DNA of 64,000 nt from Mytilus edulis (taxonomy: Eukaryota), in assembly GCF_963676685.1 (NCBI RefSeq), contig NC_092347.1, positions 26,970,001 to 27,034,000 of the forward strand. The letters run 5' to 3'. A program made the translations under genes and the position numbers. Shown piece after piece: positions 51,601 through 63,721 of the stretch. The stretch's first letter is position 1. Each line of letters begins with the position of its first letter. The notes beneath the pieces are model-generated. The model had not been told where the DNA came from, ran no database searches, and saw nothing but the letters and a program-made list of their open reading frames with translations.

Positions 51601-54185
51601 GTGTTGAAGACAGTACTTTGACCTATAAAGGGTTACTTTTACAAATTGTGATTTGGATGGAGAGTTGTCTCATTGGCACTCATACCACATCTTCTTATAT
51701 CTAAAAATATCACATAAGAAATCAAATTGTATAAATTTGTATGTAGTATTGCTGCTTTATCTTACATGACTTTGATTCTCCAGCTACAAGTTTCAGATCA
51801 CAGAACAATATCCTGGGCTTTGTTGATAAAACTGTTAGTCCACGTTCACCTATAAAACATACAGAATGTAGACAACCCTAACATGCATGTACATATATAT
51901 ACCAGTAACAAAACAGATGATTTAAATTGGGTTTATCATTTTTATTTACTAAGGTCAAATGATCTGAGTGGCTACCAGATCAATTAATTAAACCTTTGTA
52001 CTAATGTTATGATGGTCAAGTGGTGTGAGTGTCTGCCTAAATATATCATTGTTATGATGGTCAAGTGGTGTGAGTGTGTGCCTAAATATATCATTTCAAC
52101 CTAGTATAACAGTCTCGCATTAAGCCCTTTTTAGCCCACTTGTGACAATATAATTTCACAATTTTCAAATTTACTTGATGTAGTTAGATATAAAAGATCC
52201 CACTTTTAAATTTTTGCGATGATTTATATTCATGATATTCACATTATTTATCTACTTGCAAAAGTTGTGGAAATAAATTGCTTGCAAAAAATTAGTTGAT
52301 TTACAGAATATCTGAAGCAGGAATTTCAAAAAATCATTTGGAAAAATAACAATGTGCACTTTACTAACTGTTGTTTTTGGCAGGAAAAGGTTTTTGTTTT
52401 ACATAGGTAACTTTGGTATTTGTCTCTTAAAAAACATTGATCATCACATGTTTAAATGTCTATAAAACTGTGAATTACAATGTATGTTAAATTTATGTTT
52501 AAATTTAATAAACAGTTAACACCGAGATACATCTCATGGACGTAAATCTCTGTGTAAATAAGAAATGCCAATGTTAAGTAGTAAAGTTGTATATCAAATA
52601 TCATTGACTTACCATAAGTAGTTACCATTATACTGACCTAATCACCAACTTCAGCTGCTACAAATTCCAAGTCCCTACTTTGCAACTTTGTCAAGGAAAG
52701 ACAAAAATTATACTTACATAAAGTTATGTATAGTTTACCTTTATTGGGTACAAAAGATGTGTCACACCCAGTAGTTGACACTTCTTCTGTTGACAGTTGC
52801 TGTGACTTAGGAAGGTGCACCCTTGATTCACTCACAGAACACTGACATATTATCTGTACACTAGACCAGGCTAGACTATCTGTATCACTATAAATAAACA
52901 CATAATATCTGTACACTAGACCATGTTAGACTATCTGTATCACTATAAATAAACACATAATATATGTACACTAGACCAGGTTAGACTATCTGTATCACTA
53001 TAAATAAACACATAATATCTGTACACTAGACCATGTTAGACTATCTGTATCACTATAAATAAACACATAATATCTGTACACTAGACCATGTTAGACTATC
53101 TGTATCACTATAAATAAACACATAATATCTGTACACTAGACCATGTTAGACTATCTGTATCACTATAAATAAACACATAATATCTGTACACTAGACCACG
53201 TTAGACTATCGGTATCACTATAAATAAACACATAATATCTGTACACTAGACCACGTTAGACTATCTGTATCACTATAAATAAACACATAATATCTGTACA
53301 CTAGACCACGTTAGACTAACAGTATCACTAATTCACTATGAATAAACACAAAATATTGTATGGGTGTTGCCTATGCATTGTACAAGGGTATTCAACAAAA
53401 TCTATAAAAATGTAATTTTATTTATGTGCAAACAATATGTTTCCAGAAATTATTGCCTTTTTTCATGAATGGATAAACTTGCAAGTTTTATAATTGCCGT
53501 TACATTAAAATATGAATAAAGATCTATGTATCAGTTTTCAAAATGCAAGTTTTTACTGTGAAACTCACCCTGTCGCATTTTTCACATTAATGTCAAAAAT
53601 TTTGGATCAACAAGAGTGAATAATGATCTCCCCTTGTAAAGCATTGAGGGGAATGAACTTAGATACCAATACACCTGTACACAGCTTGTAATCATGGTAA
53701 TGGTATATTTGCAATAGTTGAGAGTGTGGCACTATCATATTATGGGTTATGAACAACATCAGTAGACCATTGTAAGGGTTATCAAACTTGGTTTTAAATG
53801 TAAATCAATATTAATGAATACATTTAACAATGAAAATATATATAGTTATAATTAATAATTAGATTTGGTGGTTTGGTGCATGTGTTAATAAAAAAGTATT
53901 GAAGGTAAATTAACAACTAAAAATATTATAATTAATAATCTAATGTAAATAAAGGCAACAGTGGTATACTGCTGTTCGAAATTCATAAATTCATTAAGAG
54001 AAAACATATCCAGGTTACAAACTAAAACCTGTAAAACTTATAAATCATCTATAAGAGAACATATATAATATATATACTACAAACCTTGGATTTTGTGAGG
54101 TGTTACTGAAGGTAATCTGACTTTTGACAGTTTCACCAGCTAGGTATACAGACCCTCTTGGCAAACAGGCTGATACTTCTATCAT
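42644..54185 (-). CDS. RGP1: RAB6A-GEF complex partner protein 2; exons 54185-54085, 52887-52739, 51849-51766, 50526-50377, 48349-48209, 45193-45066, 43423-43246, 42867-42644 (384 aa)
   Basis: All introns are GT-AG and phase-consistent, 1155 nt total. [99 protein letters not shown] matches metazoan RGP1 as recalled. Confidence 0.95.
43490..44402 (-). mobile_element. Two adjacent HINE/pearl-like elements with ~170-bp satellite units (43490-43735; 43763-44402); fragment also at ~22240-22385
   Basis: GATGCCCCAC / GTGGGGCATAAAA subterminal IR, (GACG/GAAC)n microsatellite, and one and three tandem units respectively. Confidence 0.75.
46405..46860 (-). mobile_element. Penelope-like RT C-terminus/3' fragment
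   Basis: [17 protein letters not shown] remnant followed by a conserved non-coding tail. Confidence 0.6.
47473..47745. mobile_element. Harbinger-like MITE, TSD TTA
   Basis: Long TIR GGGAGCTACCATTTGATTTTTATGGGGGGGCTAGGATGAAATTT. Confidence 0.85.
48318..49876 (-). repeat. 60-bp tandem array (16 units) spanning the RGP1 exon 5 acceptor
   Basis: Unit = 28 nt of intron end + ~32 nt of exon start. Interrupted by a MITE. Confidence 0.95.
49007..49604. mobile_element. TTAA-flanked MITE (Kolobok-like) inserted in the 60-bp array
   Basis: TIR GGTGGTATGGG(T/A)GTCT (15/16). TTAA duplicated at 49003-49006 and 49605-49608. Confidence 0.9.
50478..50780 (-). repeat. ~84-bp tandem triplication spanning the RGP1 exon 4 acceptor
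   Basis: TTTTTAG|TTATATATGAAGATG occurs with the AG at 50527, 50611 and 50696. Confidence 0.9.
52849..53352 (-). repeat. 55-bp tandem array (9 units) spanning the RGP1 exon 2 acceptor
   Basis: TTATGTGTTTATTTATAG|TGATACAGATAGTCTA.. repeated every 55 bp. Confidence 0.95.
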
Positions 54186-54817
54186 CTCAACTAATTTATA
54201 TCACGTTTCATCTATATCTGAAGAAGATATAGAATACATTTTTTTAAAAATGTACCATTGAGTAATTTTGATCTCTAAAAAGTTATGCAAAATCCTATAC
54301 AGGGCAGGCTAAAGGAATATTCTTGAATCTTTCTTTTTTTGGTGCACAGTTATAATGCACATTTATTTATTCATGACACTTTATTTTTGCCTGTTCATTT
54401 TTATTCGAGCACAAAAAGGGCTACCAAAAGTTAAGTCTAGGACCATAGACTCACTGACCTTAATTTCTTTTAAATACAGTGAAAAGTGAATTACTAGTGT
54501 GCTGACTTTTTTTTTAGCACCGACCAAAAATGTTCCAGATTGGGATCATTTGTCTTTCTTTCTTTCTTTCTTTCTTGAAAAATCACTGAAATCACTTGCA
54601 GTACCACTGACTGTCTAGTGAAAAAACAATCTTGTTTATCGGCATGTCCTTTATGTTTGAACAAACTGCTTTCATCAACATAATAACACAATAAAACACT
54701 GCAGGCATTTATACTGTCATGAACAAACACACTTACAAGATGTAAGCATATTGGGAATCATACTTCAGTGTGTTCCATAAAATAATAAAGGCTTTATCCC
54801 ACTTTAACAGATCAGGA

Positions 54818-55231
54818 ATAACCACCAATTGGTGTATTATACCTCAATTGATGTATAATCCACCAATTGACATATATTTGTATAGACCAATTGATGTATA
54901 ATGTAATTTTTGTGTAATAAAATATGGAGTTGTACTCATAATCACATGACTGCATATATACAGTATTGATGTCCATTGACAGGTGATTACAGGTAAATTT
55001 GCCAATCAAGAATTGACAAGATACATGTAACAATAGAAGAAACTGCAAATACAATTATTCATTAAATGCAATATGTTATATCACTATACTAACCAAGGAA
55101 TGTTTGACATGTTTTCATACAATAATATGGTTTTAAGAAATCAATGCTCCATTTTGGTTGAATAATTTGGTTTGAAAAACAAAGAATTATACATCAATTG
55201 GTCTATACCATTATATGCCAATTGGTGGTTC
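54818..55231. mobile_element. Degenerate MITE with long inverted ends
   Basis: CCACCAATTG..TATAGACCAATTGATGTATAAT mirrored by ATTATACATCAATTGGTCTATA..CAATTGGTGGTT. Confidence 0.55.
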
Positions 55232-55504
55232 TTTGATCTCAAGTGTGTTTTGACAAATTTGTTATACATGTATATGGAAGTGGATTATGGAACCGCTGCA
55301 TTTTTCCATAAACTATGGAAGTGTAAATGTACATGTGTATTTCTTGTGACAGAGAGGTCCGACCTTTTCAACATGCAGTATCATGTGACGTATGTGAGAG
55401 ATGGCAACATAGATTATGTGGCACTGGTAAGTTTTTCAATTTATAAATATAAAATTTTGTTGCAACTATCATCAGGTATTAAACAAGGATATATATACAT
55501 ATCC

Positions 55505-55732
55505 ATGTGTTGGTGGTGTATACCACAGGGTAATATCATGCGTCTAGTGTATGGGACTGTCCCTTGTGGATGTCTTATGCCGCTGGCTAGCAATTTATTG
55601 TGAAAAGAAAGCCGAGTGTGTAAGCCTTTCCTGCCAGTACATAGCCTCTGTATTATCCAGACTCCAGCAGAATCCTCCTCGTGGTAACACATGGATACTG
55701 ATTACTTAGTTAGTCAGGCTAATCTGTTGGAG
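55505..55732 (+). ncRNA. HDV-like self-cleaving ribozyme at the RTE 5' end
   Basis: P1 ATGTGTT(55505-11)/AACACAT(55686-92); P2 CTCCAGCAGA/TCTGTTGGAG; P3-L3 CC-TCCTCGT-GG; P1.1 GG; P4 CTGATTA/TAGTCAG; J4/2 GCTAA with the catalytic C at 55719. Confidence 0.82.
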
Positions 55733-56102
55733 ATCTCGCAGTAGCAAGGACCCTAGAGATGCAGTGTGTAGACCCATTGGTGTGTGGATACGCCCTAGCA
55801 CTCATCAACCTTGCCCCAGTTATGGGAAAATAAACGGTCAGATAGAGGTCGTAGTCAGGGATGACTATCTATCTAGGAGAGATAACTCTGAATTGAAACA
55901 TGGGTAGATCATGACTCATAGTCGGGGACGACAACTGATCTAAAGGAAGAGAACCTTGAAAGAAAATCTCCTGGTCCTCCAGGTTGGGGGTTGAGCACAA
56001 GACCAACTATCTCGTCTCGCAAAAAAACAAACAGTAACGGAAACAAGGACAAGAAACTTAACTCGTCTCGGACACTCGGAATACCAGCAATCACATGCAA
56101 GT

Positions 56103-59100
56103 ATGAATGGTGCCAGTGAAAGCCAAGAGGAAGCTAGCAGCAGGAATGGTATTCTGAACACGAGAACAAAACTGAAGGTATGATGTTGGAATGTTCGTAC
56201 AATGTATGAAACAGGAAAACAAGCACAAATTTTAAATGAAATGAAAAATTATAAGCTCCACTTACATTTTGTACTAGGCATTAGTGAATGTAGATGGACA
56301 GGTTGTGGAAAGTCTATAGCAAGATCAGGAGAAACAATCATACATTCTGGAAGGACAGACAACAAGCATCAACAAGGTGTTGCTATAATTATGAACAAAC
56401 AAACAGCAAAATCACTTATTGAGTACAATCCTGTAAATGAAAGAATTATAAGAGCCCGTTTCCATGTAAAGAAAGGCAAAGTAACTTTTATTCAGTGCTA
56501 TGCACCAACAAATGAAGCGGAAGAGGAAGTAAAAACTGAATTCTATAACACCTTGCAAGCTGAGATCAGAAAAGTACCAACACATGATTTGACAATTGTA
56601 ATGGGTGATTTAAATGCAAAGGTTGGCAACGATAATACAGGAAATGAAAGAGTAATGGGTAAATATGGATGTGGGCAAATGAATGAAAATGGAGAACTTC
56701 TGGTTGACTTTTGTGGAATTAACAACTTAGTAATTGGTGGAACCATCTTCCCACACAAAGACATTCACAAGCTAACTTGGAACTCACCAAATGGAAGAGA
56801 CAAAAATCAAATAGACCACATTATGATCAATGGAAAATGGAAAAGATCCTTACAAGATGTCAGAGCAAAGAGAGGAGCTGACATTGCAAGTGCATGATCA
56901 CTTTCTAATAACAGCCAACATAAAGTTGAAACTTAAAAAGATGTCTTCACCAACAACCATTAAAAGAAAATTTGATATAAATAAATTGCAAGACACCAAT
57001 TGCAAAGTAAAACAAGAATTTAACCTGCAGATAAAGAACAGATTTCAGGTCCTAGAAGACACAATAGAAGAAACATCAGAACCAGCATCGATAAACAACA
57101 AATGGCTAAAAGTAGAAGAAATATACAAAGAAACCAGTGAAAAAGTCCTTGGCTATAAAAGACAAATACATAAAGAATGGATTACACAAGGAACATGGAA
57201 ATTGATTGATGAAAGAAAAGAAATAAACAACAAACTCTGTCAGACTTATTCAGAAAGAATAAAAGATAAGCTGAGGAAGGAATACTCAGAATGCAATAAG
57301 AAAGTGAAGAAAGCAACACGAAGTGACAAAAGAAAGTATACAGAAGACCTTGCAAAAGAAGCAGAAGATGCTGCATCCAACCAGAGAATGGGACAGGTTA
57401 ACCAAGTTGTAAAACAGCTATGCAACAAGAAAACTAATAAGAGCATGCCAATTAAAGACAAACAAAACAGCACATTATCATCTGAAAAAGAACAAAAGGA
57501 AAGATGGAAAGAACATTTTCAAGAAGTTCTCAATAGAAAAGAACCAGAAAATACAGTTAGCATCGATATCACAGAAACACCATTAGAATTAGATATAGAT
57601 CTTTATACGCCAACCAAACTAGAAATCCAGAGAGCACTAAAAAGTTTAAGGAATAGAAAGGCACCAGGCATTGATCAATTAAATGCTGAACTCTTTAAAG
57701 CTGATGTTAAGCAAACATCAGATATCCTTTACCCAGTTTTTAAAGAAATTTGGGAGAACAACATCATACCAGACAACTGGTCCGAAGGTGACATCATAAG
57801 GATACCAAAAAAAGGTGATCTTACTAATTGCAATAACTGGAGAGGTATCACTCTTCTCTCTATTCCTAGCAAAGTATTTTGCAAAATCCTAATTTCACGA
57901 ATTAAAACAGCTATAGACAGAACACTGCGACAAGAACAGGCAGGTTTAAGACAAGGACGAAGCTGTATAGACCACATATTTGTCCTCAGAAACATCCTGG
58001 AACAATGTACAGAATGGCAAAGAAAAATAATCATCAACTTTGTAGATTTTGAAAAGGCTTTTGACAGCTTACACAGACAGGGATTATGGACCATCTTAAA
58101 AAGCTATGGAATTCCTGAAAAACTAATACAACTCATCAAAGCCTTCTACGACAACTTTAAATGCACTGTAGACTCTGACCAAGACACTAGTTTTTTGGTA
58201 AAATCTGGAGTGAGATAAGGATGTGTGATGTCATCTCTCTTGTTTATCATTGCAGACGACTGGGTGATGAAATCAACAATGTCAAATACCAACAACGGAA
58301 TAAGGTGGACACTCACTTCAAACCTAGAGGATATAGACTATGCAGATGATCTAGCATTAGTATCCCATACTGAAAATCAAATGAAAGAAAAAACGGAGAG
58401 GTTAGAACAGAATGCCAGAATGATTGGTCTTAAAATCAACTCTAAGAAAACACAAATAATGACAGTAAACATGCTTAATACACCAGACATCAAAGTAAAT
58501 GGAGAACAACTGGAATTGGTACAGTCCTTCACTTACCTAGGTAGTATTGTAACATCAGAAGGTGGAGCTGTACAGGACATCAAAACTAGAATTGGCAAGG
58601 CAAGATCAGCCTTTCACAGACTAAGAAACATCTGGAAAACACCATCAATCAGAAAAAAGACCAAACTGAAAATCTATAACAGCTGTGTAACATCAGTTTT
58701 ACTTTACGGAGCTGAATGCTGGAGAATGACCTAAAAAGACATTAACAGGTTATCCAGCTTTCATAACACCTGCCTACGTAGAATCATGAAGATATACTGG
58801 CCAAACAAAATAACAAATGAAGATCTTCATAAGAAAACAAAAAGCCAAGATATTGAAACCACTCTGCTACAGAAAAGATGGAGATAGCTTGGTCATGTCC
58901 TAAGAAAACCACAAGGAGACATGACCAAAGTTGCATTAAGATGGACACCAGAGGGAAAAAGGAAAAGAGGACGACCAAAAACAACATGGCGTAGAACAAT
59001 AGAAACAGAGATGAAAGAGAGAGGTTACACCTGGGGAACTATTGAGAAAAAAGCAGAAAACAGAGAGGAGTGGCGGCAACTTGTCCTTGCCCTATGTGCC

Positions 59101-59121
59101 AAAAGGCATAACAAGGACTAA
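56103..59121 (+). pseudogene. RTE endonuclease-reverse transcriptase ORF, disrupted
   Basis: WNVRTM, LGISECRW, CYAPT, MGDLNAKVG, NQIDH, KAPGID, NWRGITLLS, FVDFEKAFDS, DYADD. Stops at ~56181, 58216, 58732 and ~58886, frameshift at ~56893. Confidence 0.92.
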
Positions 59122-59198
59122 GTAAGTAAGTATATATACATATCCATATATAATTAATGAGCTAAAGTAACTATAGAAAGATAAAATAAGACAATATA

Positions 59199-59526
59199 CA
59201 GGGTTCTTGCTAAGCATTTTTGAAGGCGAGTCCAGGGACTTGTCATTTTTAGCCACGATGAGTCCAACAGCAAGAAGAAAATATTTTATTGCAATATAAT
59301 GTAATATTTTAGTCTCCATTTCCTAACAGAGCAATGAAATGACATTAAATTCAGATCACTTTTAAACTTTTGCTCTTAAATGATGATATTTGTGTTTAAC
59401 TATGTTCAGTTTATACAAAATATTTCAATCTTGATGCATCCGTGGACTCACCAGTTTGGAATATGGTGAGTCCAGACAGATTTTGATGAGTCCAGGACTC
59501 ATGGACTCGCCTTAGTGAGAACCCTG
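59199..59526. mobile_element. MITE, 6-bp TSD AATATA
   Basis: CAGGGTTCTTGCTAAG ... CTTAGTGAGAACCCTG, with internal GAGTCC/GGACTC repeats. Confidence 0.7.
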
Positions 59527-60530
59527 AATATATATAACTAAGTTAGTATGAATGTTTTCTCATATTTAGTATTATGTCCTAGTACAAGTAGATTTATATA
59601 TATAAAAAATATCAATGTAAGGGTCACTCCTTGTTAGTCATTTATTTTATATTGATGTTTATATTGTTCACATGTGATTATATTTATAATATATAATTTG
59701 AATTTTAGGTATAACTCTTCAAGCTTACAAAGACGCCTGACATGGCAATGACCTACAATTCATTTGCACACCCTGTGAACAGATCAACTGGCCAGCACCA
59801 GAGCCTTTGAATTCACAGAAATATATCCTCATAGCAGCAAGACAACATAATAACATTAGCAGTCTGGGTACTTACTTAAATGAGTGATTTTCTAAATCAC
59901 TGATTCAAGTAACATTATTTCCATAAAGGTTGAAAGTAAGAGTTGTCTTTCTTTAATAATCACCTATTTAAGTAGTACAAAATAATCACTAGAAGAAGTG
60001 ATTTAATTTTACTGTAGCTTTAAATATAGAATACTAATGATCCAGGGACTAATTATGTTTCTAAACTTATCAGAACCAACATCTGTGTTGTCTAGAATGA
60101 CCAGGTCATTTCAGGTAATGACCCTGTACTGAATCTAGGATAATGACATAAAAATCACTTGTTTAAGTATCATACCTTAATTTCCTTCCCAAAAATCACT
60201 TCTTTAAGTATCATTAATTTAATAACCCCCACTAATTTCAACACCCCCGAACAGTGAAATTTTTATCGCGAACAGTAGAATTTTATTACATACTGACTGA
60301 TTAGTCTTCCAGTTGTTTTACATTTAAAAATACAATGTAGTGCTGAAATTCCGAGAAACCTTTTTCCTAATAGCAGTAACACAGAATACATCATAAATAA
60401 ATATTCAGTGAATGTAAACAGACTTCAACATATGCAATGTCATACAAATAATTTAGTCTTCAGTTGTTTTACATTTAAATCAAAGCCGCTGAAGGCAGTT
60501 AACCAAAAACCAGGCAAAAGTAATTATGTG

Positions 60531-60694
60531 CAGTGGCGGATCCAGAAATTTTCATAAATGGGGGCCCACTGCCTGCCTCACAGGGGACCTGCTCCAGTCA
60601 TGCTTCAGTGATTCCCTATATAATCAACCAAATTTTTTCTCAAAAATAGAAGGGGGGAGCGAGCCCACTGAAAAACCCTCTAAATCCGCCTCTG
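60531..60694. mobile_element. MITE, 5-bp TSD ATGTG (related copy in the Crypton intron at ~21440-21588)
   Basis: CAGTGGCGGATCCAG ... AAATCCGCCTCTG, flanked by ATGTG. Confidence 0.8.
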
Positions 60695-61074
60695 ATGTGG
60701 AATTAATATTCATATATTGTACATTTATGTTTATTTAATGAATTAATTATTAAGGCAAATAATTTATATGTTATCAAGGTTTCAATAGCAATGAATATAT
60801 AAATGTATATTTTTTATGGTGAGTCTGCAGTGGTACAAGTTCGCAATGATTGTAGTTGTTCTAGTTGGTAGTTAACGTTGCCACTTGGTTTTAATTGACT
60901 GTTAGTAGTACGTGTTGACTTAATACGAACATGTAATAGTATGAATGGACTGGTTTCCCTGTAAAGAAAACTGAGTATGTGTTCTATAGTACAATAGTTA
61001 TGCGACACAAATCAGACAAATGTTCACTACTACAAGGATCAAAGGTGAGGTCTGACTGACCTGCCCTTAGTAAA

Positions 61075-61580
61075 TTTAAATGATTTGTTATATTGTCCCA
61101 TACATGAATATATATGGTTTAGGGGTGGGGATCTCGAGGGTTTTCAAGTTCTCAAACAGGAAGGGGTAGGGTGACCCCAGCGACTTCCCCTATATTTCAT
61201 TTGATTTGTTATATTGTTCCATACTGTCATACATGAATATATATGGTTTAGGGTGGGGATCTCAAGGGTTTTCATGTTCTCAAACATGAAGGGATAGGAT
61301 GACCCCAGGGACTTCCCCTATATTTCATTTGATTTGTTATATTGTCCCATACATGAATATATATTGTTTAGGGGTGGGGATCTGGACCGTTTCGTAAGTT
61401 CCCAAACAGGAGGGGTTGGGTCACCCCATGGACTCCCCTTATATTTCATTTGATTAGTTATATATATAGTCCCATACATGAATGTATATGGTTGAGAGGT
61501 GGGGATCTCATCAGTTTCAAAGTTATCAAACAGGAGGGGGTAGAGTGGTCCAAAGGACGCCACCTATATAACATATGATT
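61075..61580. repeat. ~120-130-bp tandem repeat, 4 copies
   Basis: TGATTTGTTATATTGTCCCATACATGAATATATATGGTTTAGGGGTGGGGATCTC unit. Confidence 0.85.
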
Positions 61581-62786
61581 TGCCTACATTCAGGTAGTTA
61601 TTTGTGAAAATAAAGTAAGAATCTTCCAGCTACTTTAACTGACCCTTCAAAATTGAGAAAAAAAATACCCCTTCAAAATTGCAGTAATATGTTTACACTT
61701 TAAAAGCATCTTACATGCATTATCAACATTTATCACTGATAAAGAAAAATTATACTGTGACCAGGAACATATATATTGTTAGCTATATATACATGCATAG
61801 ATATACTGCTCCCAGCTGTCACATTGTATTGGATTTTGTGACATTAAAATTTGTCAAAAGTAATTTCGAGTTTCTGTTTAAAATATTTTCTGCTTTTTCT
61901 TTCTTTTACATATATCTTTCGGTTTTCAATTCTAGTGTTTATATTCATTTACCATGCATAGATGTATTTTGTCACCTGCCTGGATTCGCCAAAAACCCGG
62001 AATTACTTTTATCCGCTTCCGGAATCGGATCTGCAATTGTAATTGTCTTTTCACGGCAGCCATTGTCATTGTGTTCCAATGTTGTTTTTGTCAGTCAGAT
62101 ACGATTTTACTCGTATTAACACATTTTTTGTCGGCGATTTTCTGTATATAGCTAGCGATTGAACAAAATTGACATCGTTGTCATGAATAATAATGATTAA
62201 AATAAGTTTTGAGATCGTTTATTTGGAGACTTTGGCGAAAAGGTTTGCAAAGCTATTTTTAATTTTCTTTCAAGTGGAACTGAGACTACTATAACTGTGA
62301 TAAAGTTGTCTCAGAGTGGAAGGCCCGTCGGTTGTGGCTAGTAACCAAGTAGAAAGTGGAAGGTCGCGGACCTCGGACCACCGCTAATTTGAACCCTTGC
62401 CTCCAAATTGAAAAGATACGAATTTCGTTTTCTAATTTGAAATTGCCGCCAACAGCATGAACAGTTGAACTTATTATATAATAGACTACTGACGTAGTTG
62501 TACTACGTATTGACTACAAACAATATTCCTACGACTTTTGCCATTTGGGAAATCTAAACTACTTGTCTTAAAAGATTTTCGGCGATTAAATATTTCGTAC
62601 AATTGTTTTTTGACATCTTAGCCAAAAGCACAGGCGATAATAAACTACATAAGAATTCCTAATGAGCACTACTTCCTATGTGCAACTTCAAAAGTTTTGG
62701 GTGATTCAACGATCATTTAAGGTTTTTCTAGTCATATTTTTTGTAATCCAGAATTAAAAGAATTAAAAAAGTGTTCAATTAGTTAT

Positions 62787-63256
62787 ATATCGTCGCTGTT
62801 ATGCAAAAACCTCGTATCTAAGGTTTTCATAATTTTACACCAGGCAATAAAAATTGATTTTTTTTATCGATTATTTAGAATTAAATATTTATGTTCCAAT
62901 GTATGCAAAAATATCGTATCTTCTAACCAATCAATTACCAAGGCGAGCAAAAATTTCTGCACCTATATTGTATTTTCTAAGCTATACATAATATATTAGA
63001 CAAAACTGAACCTGTTATAATCTCAGCTGCTAGTGCCATCTTTTTTTTCTTTTGAGATATGATATTTTCGCACAACAAAATGTCTCACCAATCCGACTAC
63101 ACTTTTTCGTCACTTGTCAGAATTCGGGTTAATGATTGGTTAGAAGATCAGATATTTTCGCATTCAGTGGAACATACATATTTAATTCTTAATAATCGAT
63201 AAAAAGATTTCCGCAAAAAATTGAGATACGAGGTTTTTGCATAACAGCGACGATAT
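62787..63256. mobile_element. MITE with perfect ~30-bp TIR in TA-rich site
   Basis: ATATCGTCGCTGTTATGCAAAAACCTCGTATCT / AGATACGAGGTTTTTGCATAACAGCGACGATAT. Confidence 0.85.
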
Positions 63257-63721
63257 ATAACATAGTAGCCAGCTAGATAATAACAATGGCAAGTATTTCA
63301 GCATTTATTGGGTAGACCACAAATCTAGAGTGCTCGCATAATGCAGATTAACTGCATAAAAATTTAATGTAGTGCTGAAATTCACAGAAACTTATTTCCT
63401 AGTAAGGTAATTACATACATTGTACAGACAGTTACAAACTTAGTCCTCGATCAATACCTTGAAGTCACAATATCTTGTAGTCCTGAAATGAACAGAAACT
63501 TACAAAAAATGTATAACCTAGTAGCAGCTAGCTATAGACAACATAACACATCGTAAATATTCGGCGAAATTGTAGACTGACTTCAACATATGCAATTATA
63601 TACACACAACGCAACACTATACTAAAAAATAAAAATCAGGGCGAACATACTGGGGGCGAACAGGTATTAGGACGAACAGTCTCAGGGCGAACCGGTATTA
63701 GGATGAACAGGAACTAGGGCA

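Larger units (their letters stand above)
55505..59130 (+). mobile_element. Full-length RTE-clade LINE
   Basis: 15-bp TSD TATATATACATATCC (55490-55504; 59131-59145), (TAAG)3 tail, single EN-RT ORF. Confidence 0.93.

Noticed and set aside
48318-53352. CRISPR-like appearance of regular repeats
   Set aside because: Units are head-to-tail with no unique spacers, there are no cas genes, and the context is a eukaryotic intron.
59709-59885. Exon-like segment reading GITLQAYKDA*HGNDLQFICTPC (PHD-finger-like end)
   Set aside because: In-frame stop and no partner exons found. Probably a TE remnant.
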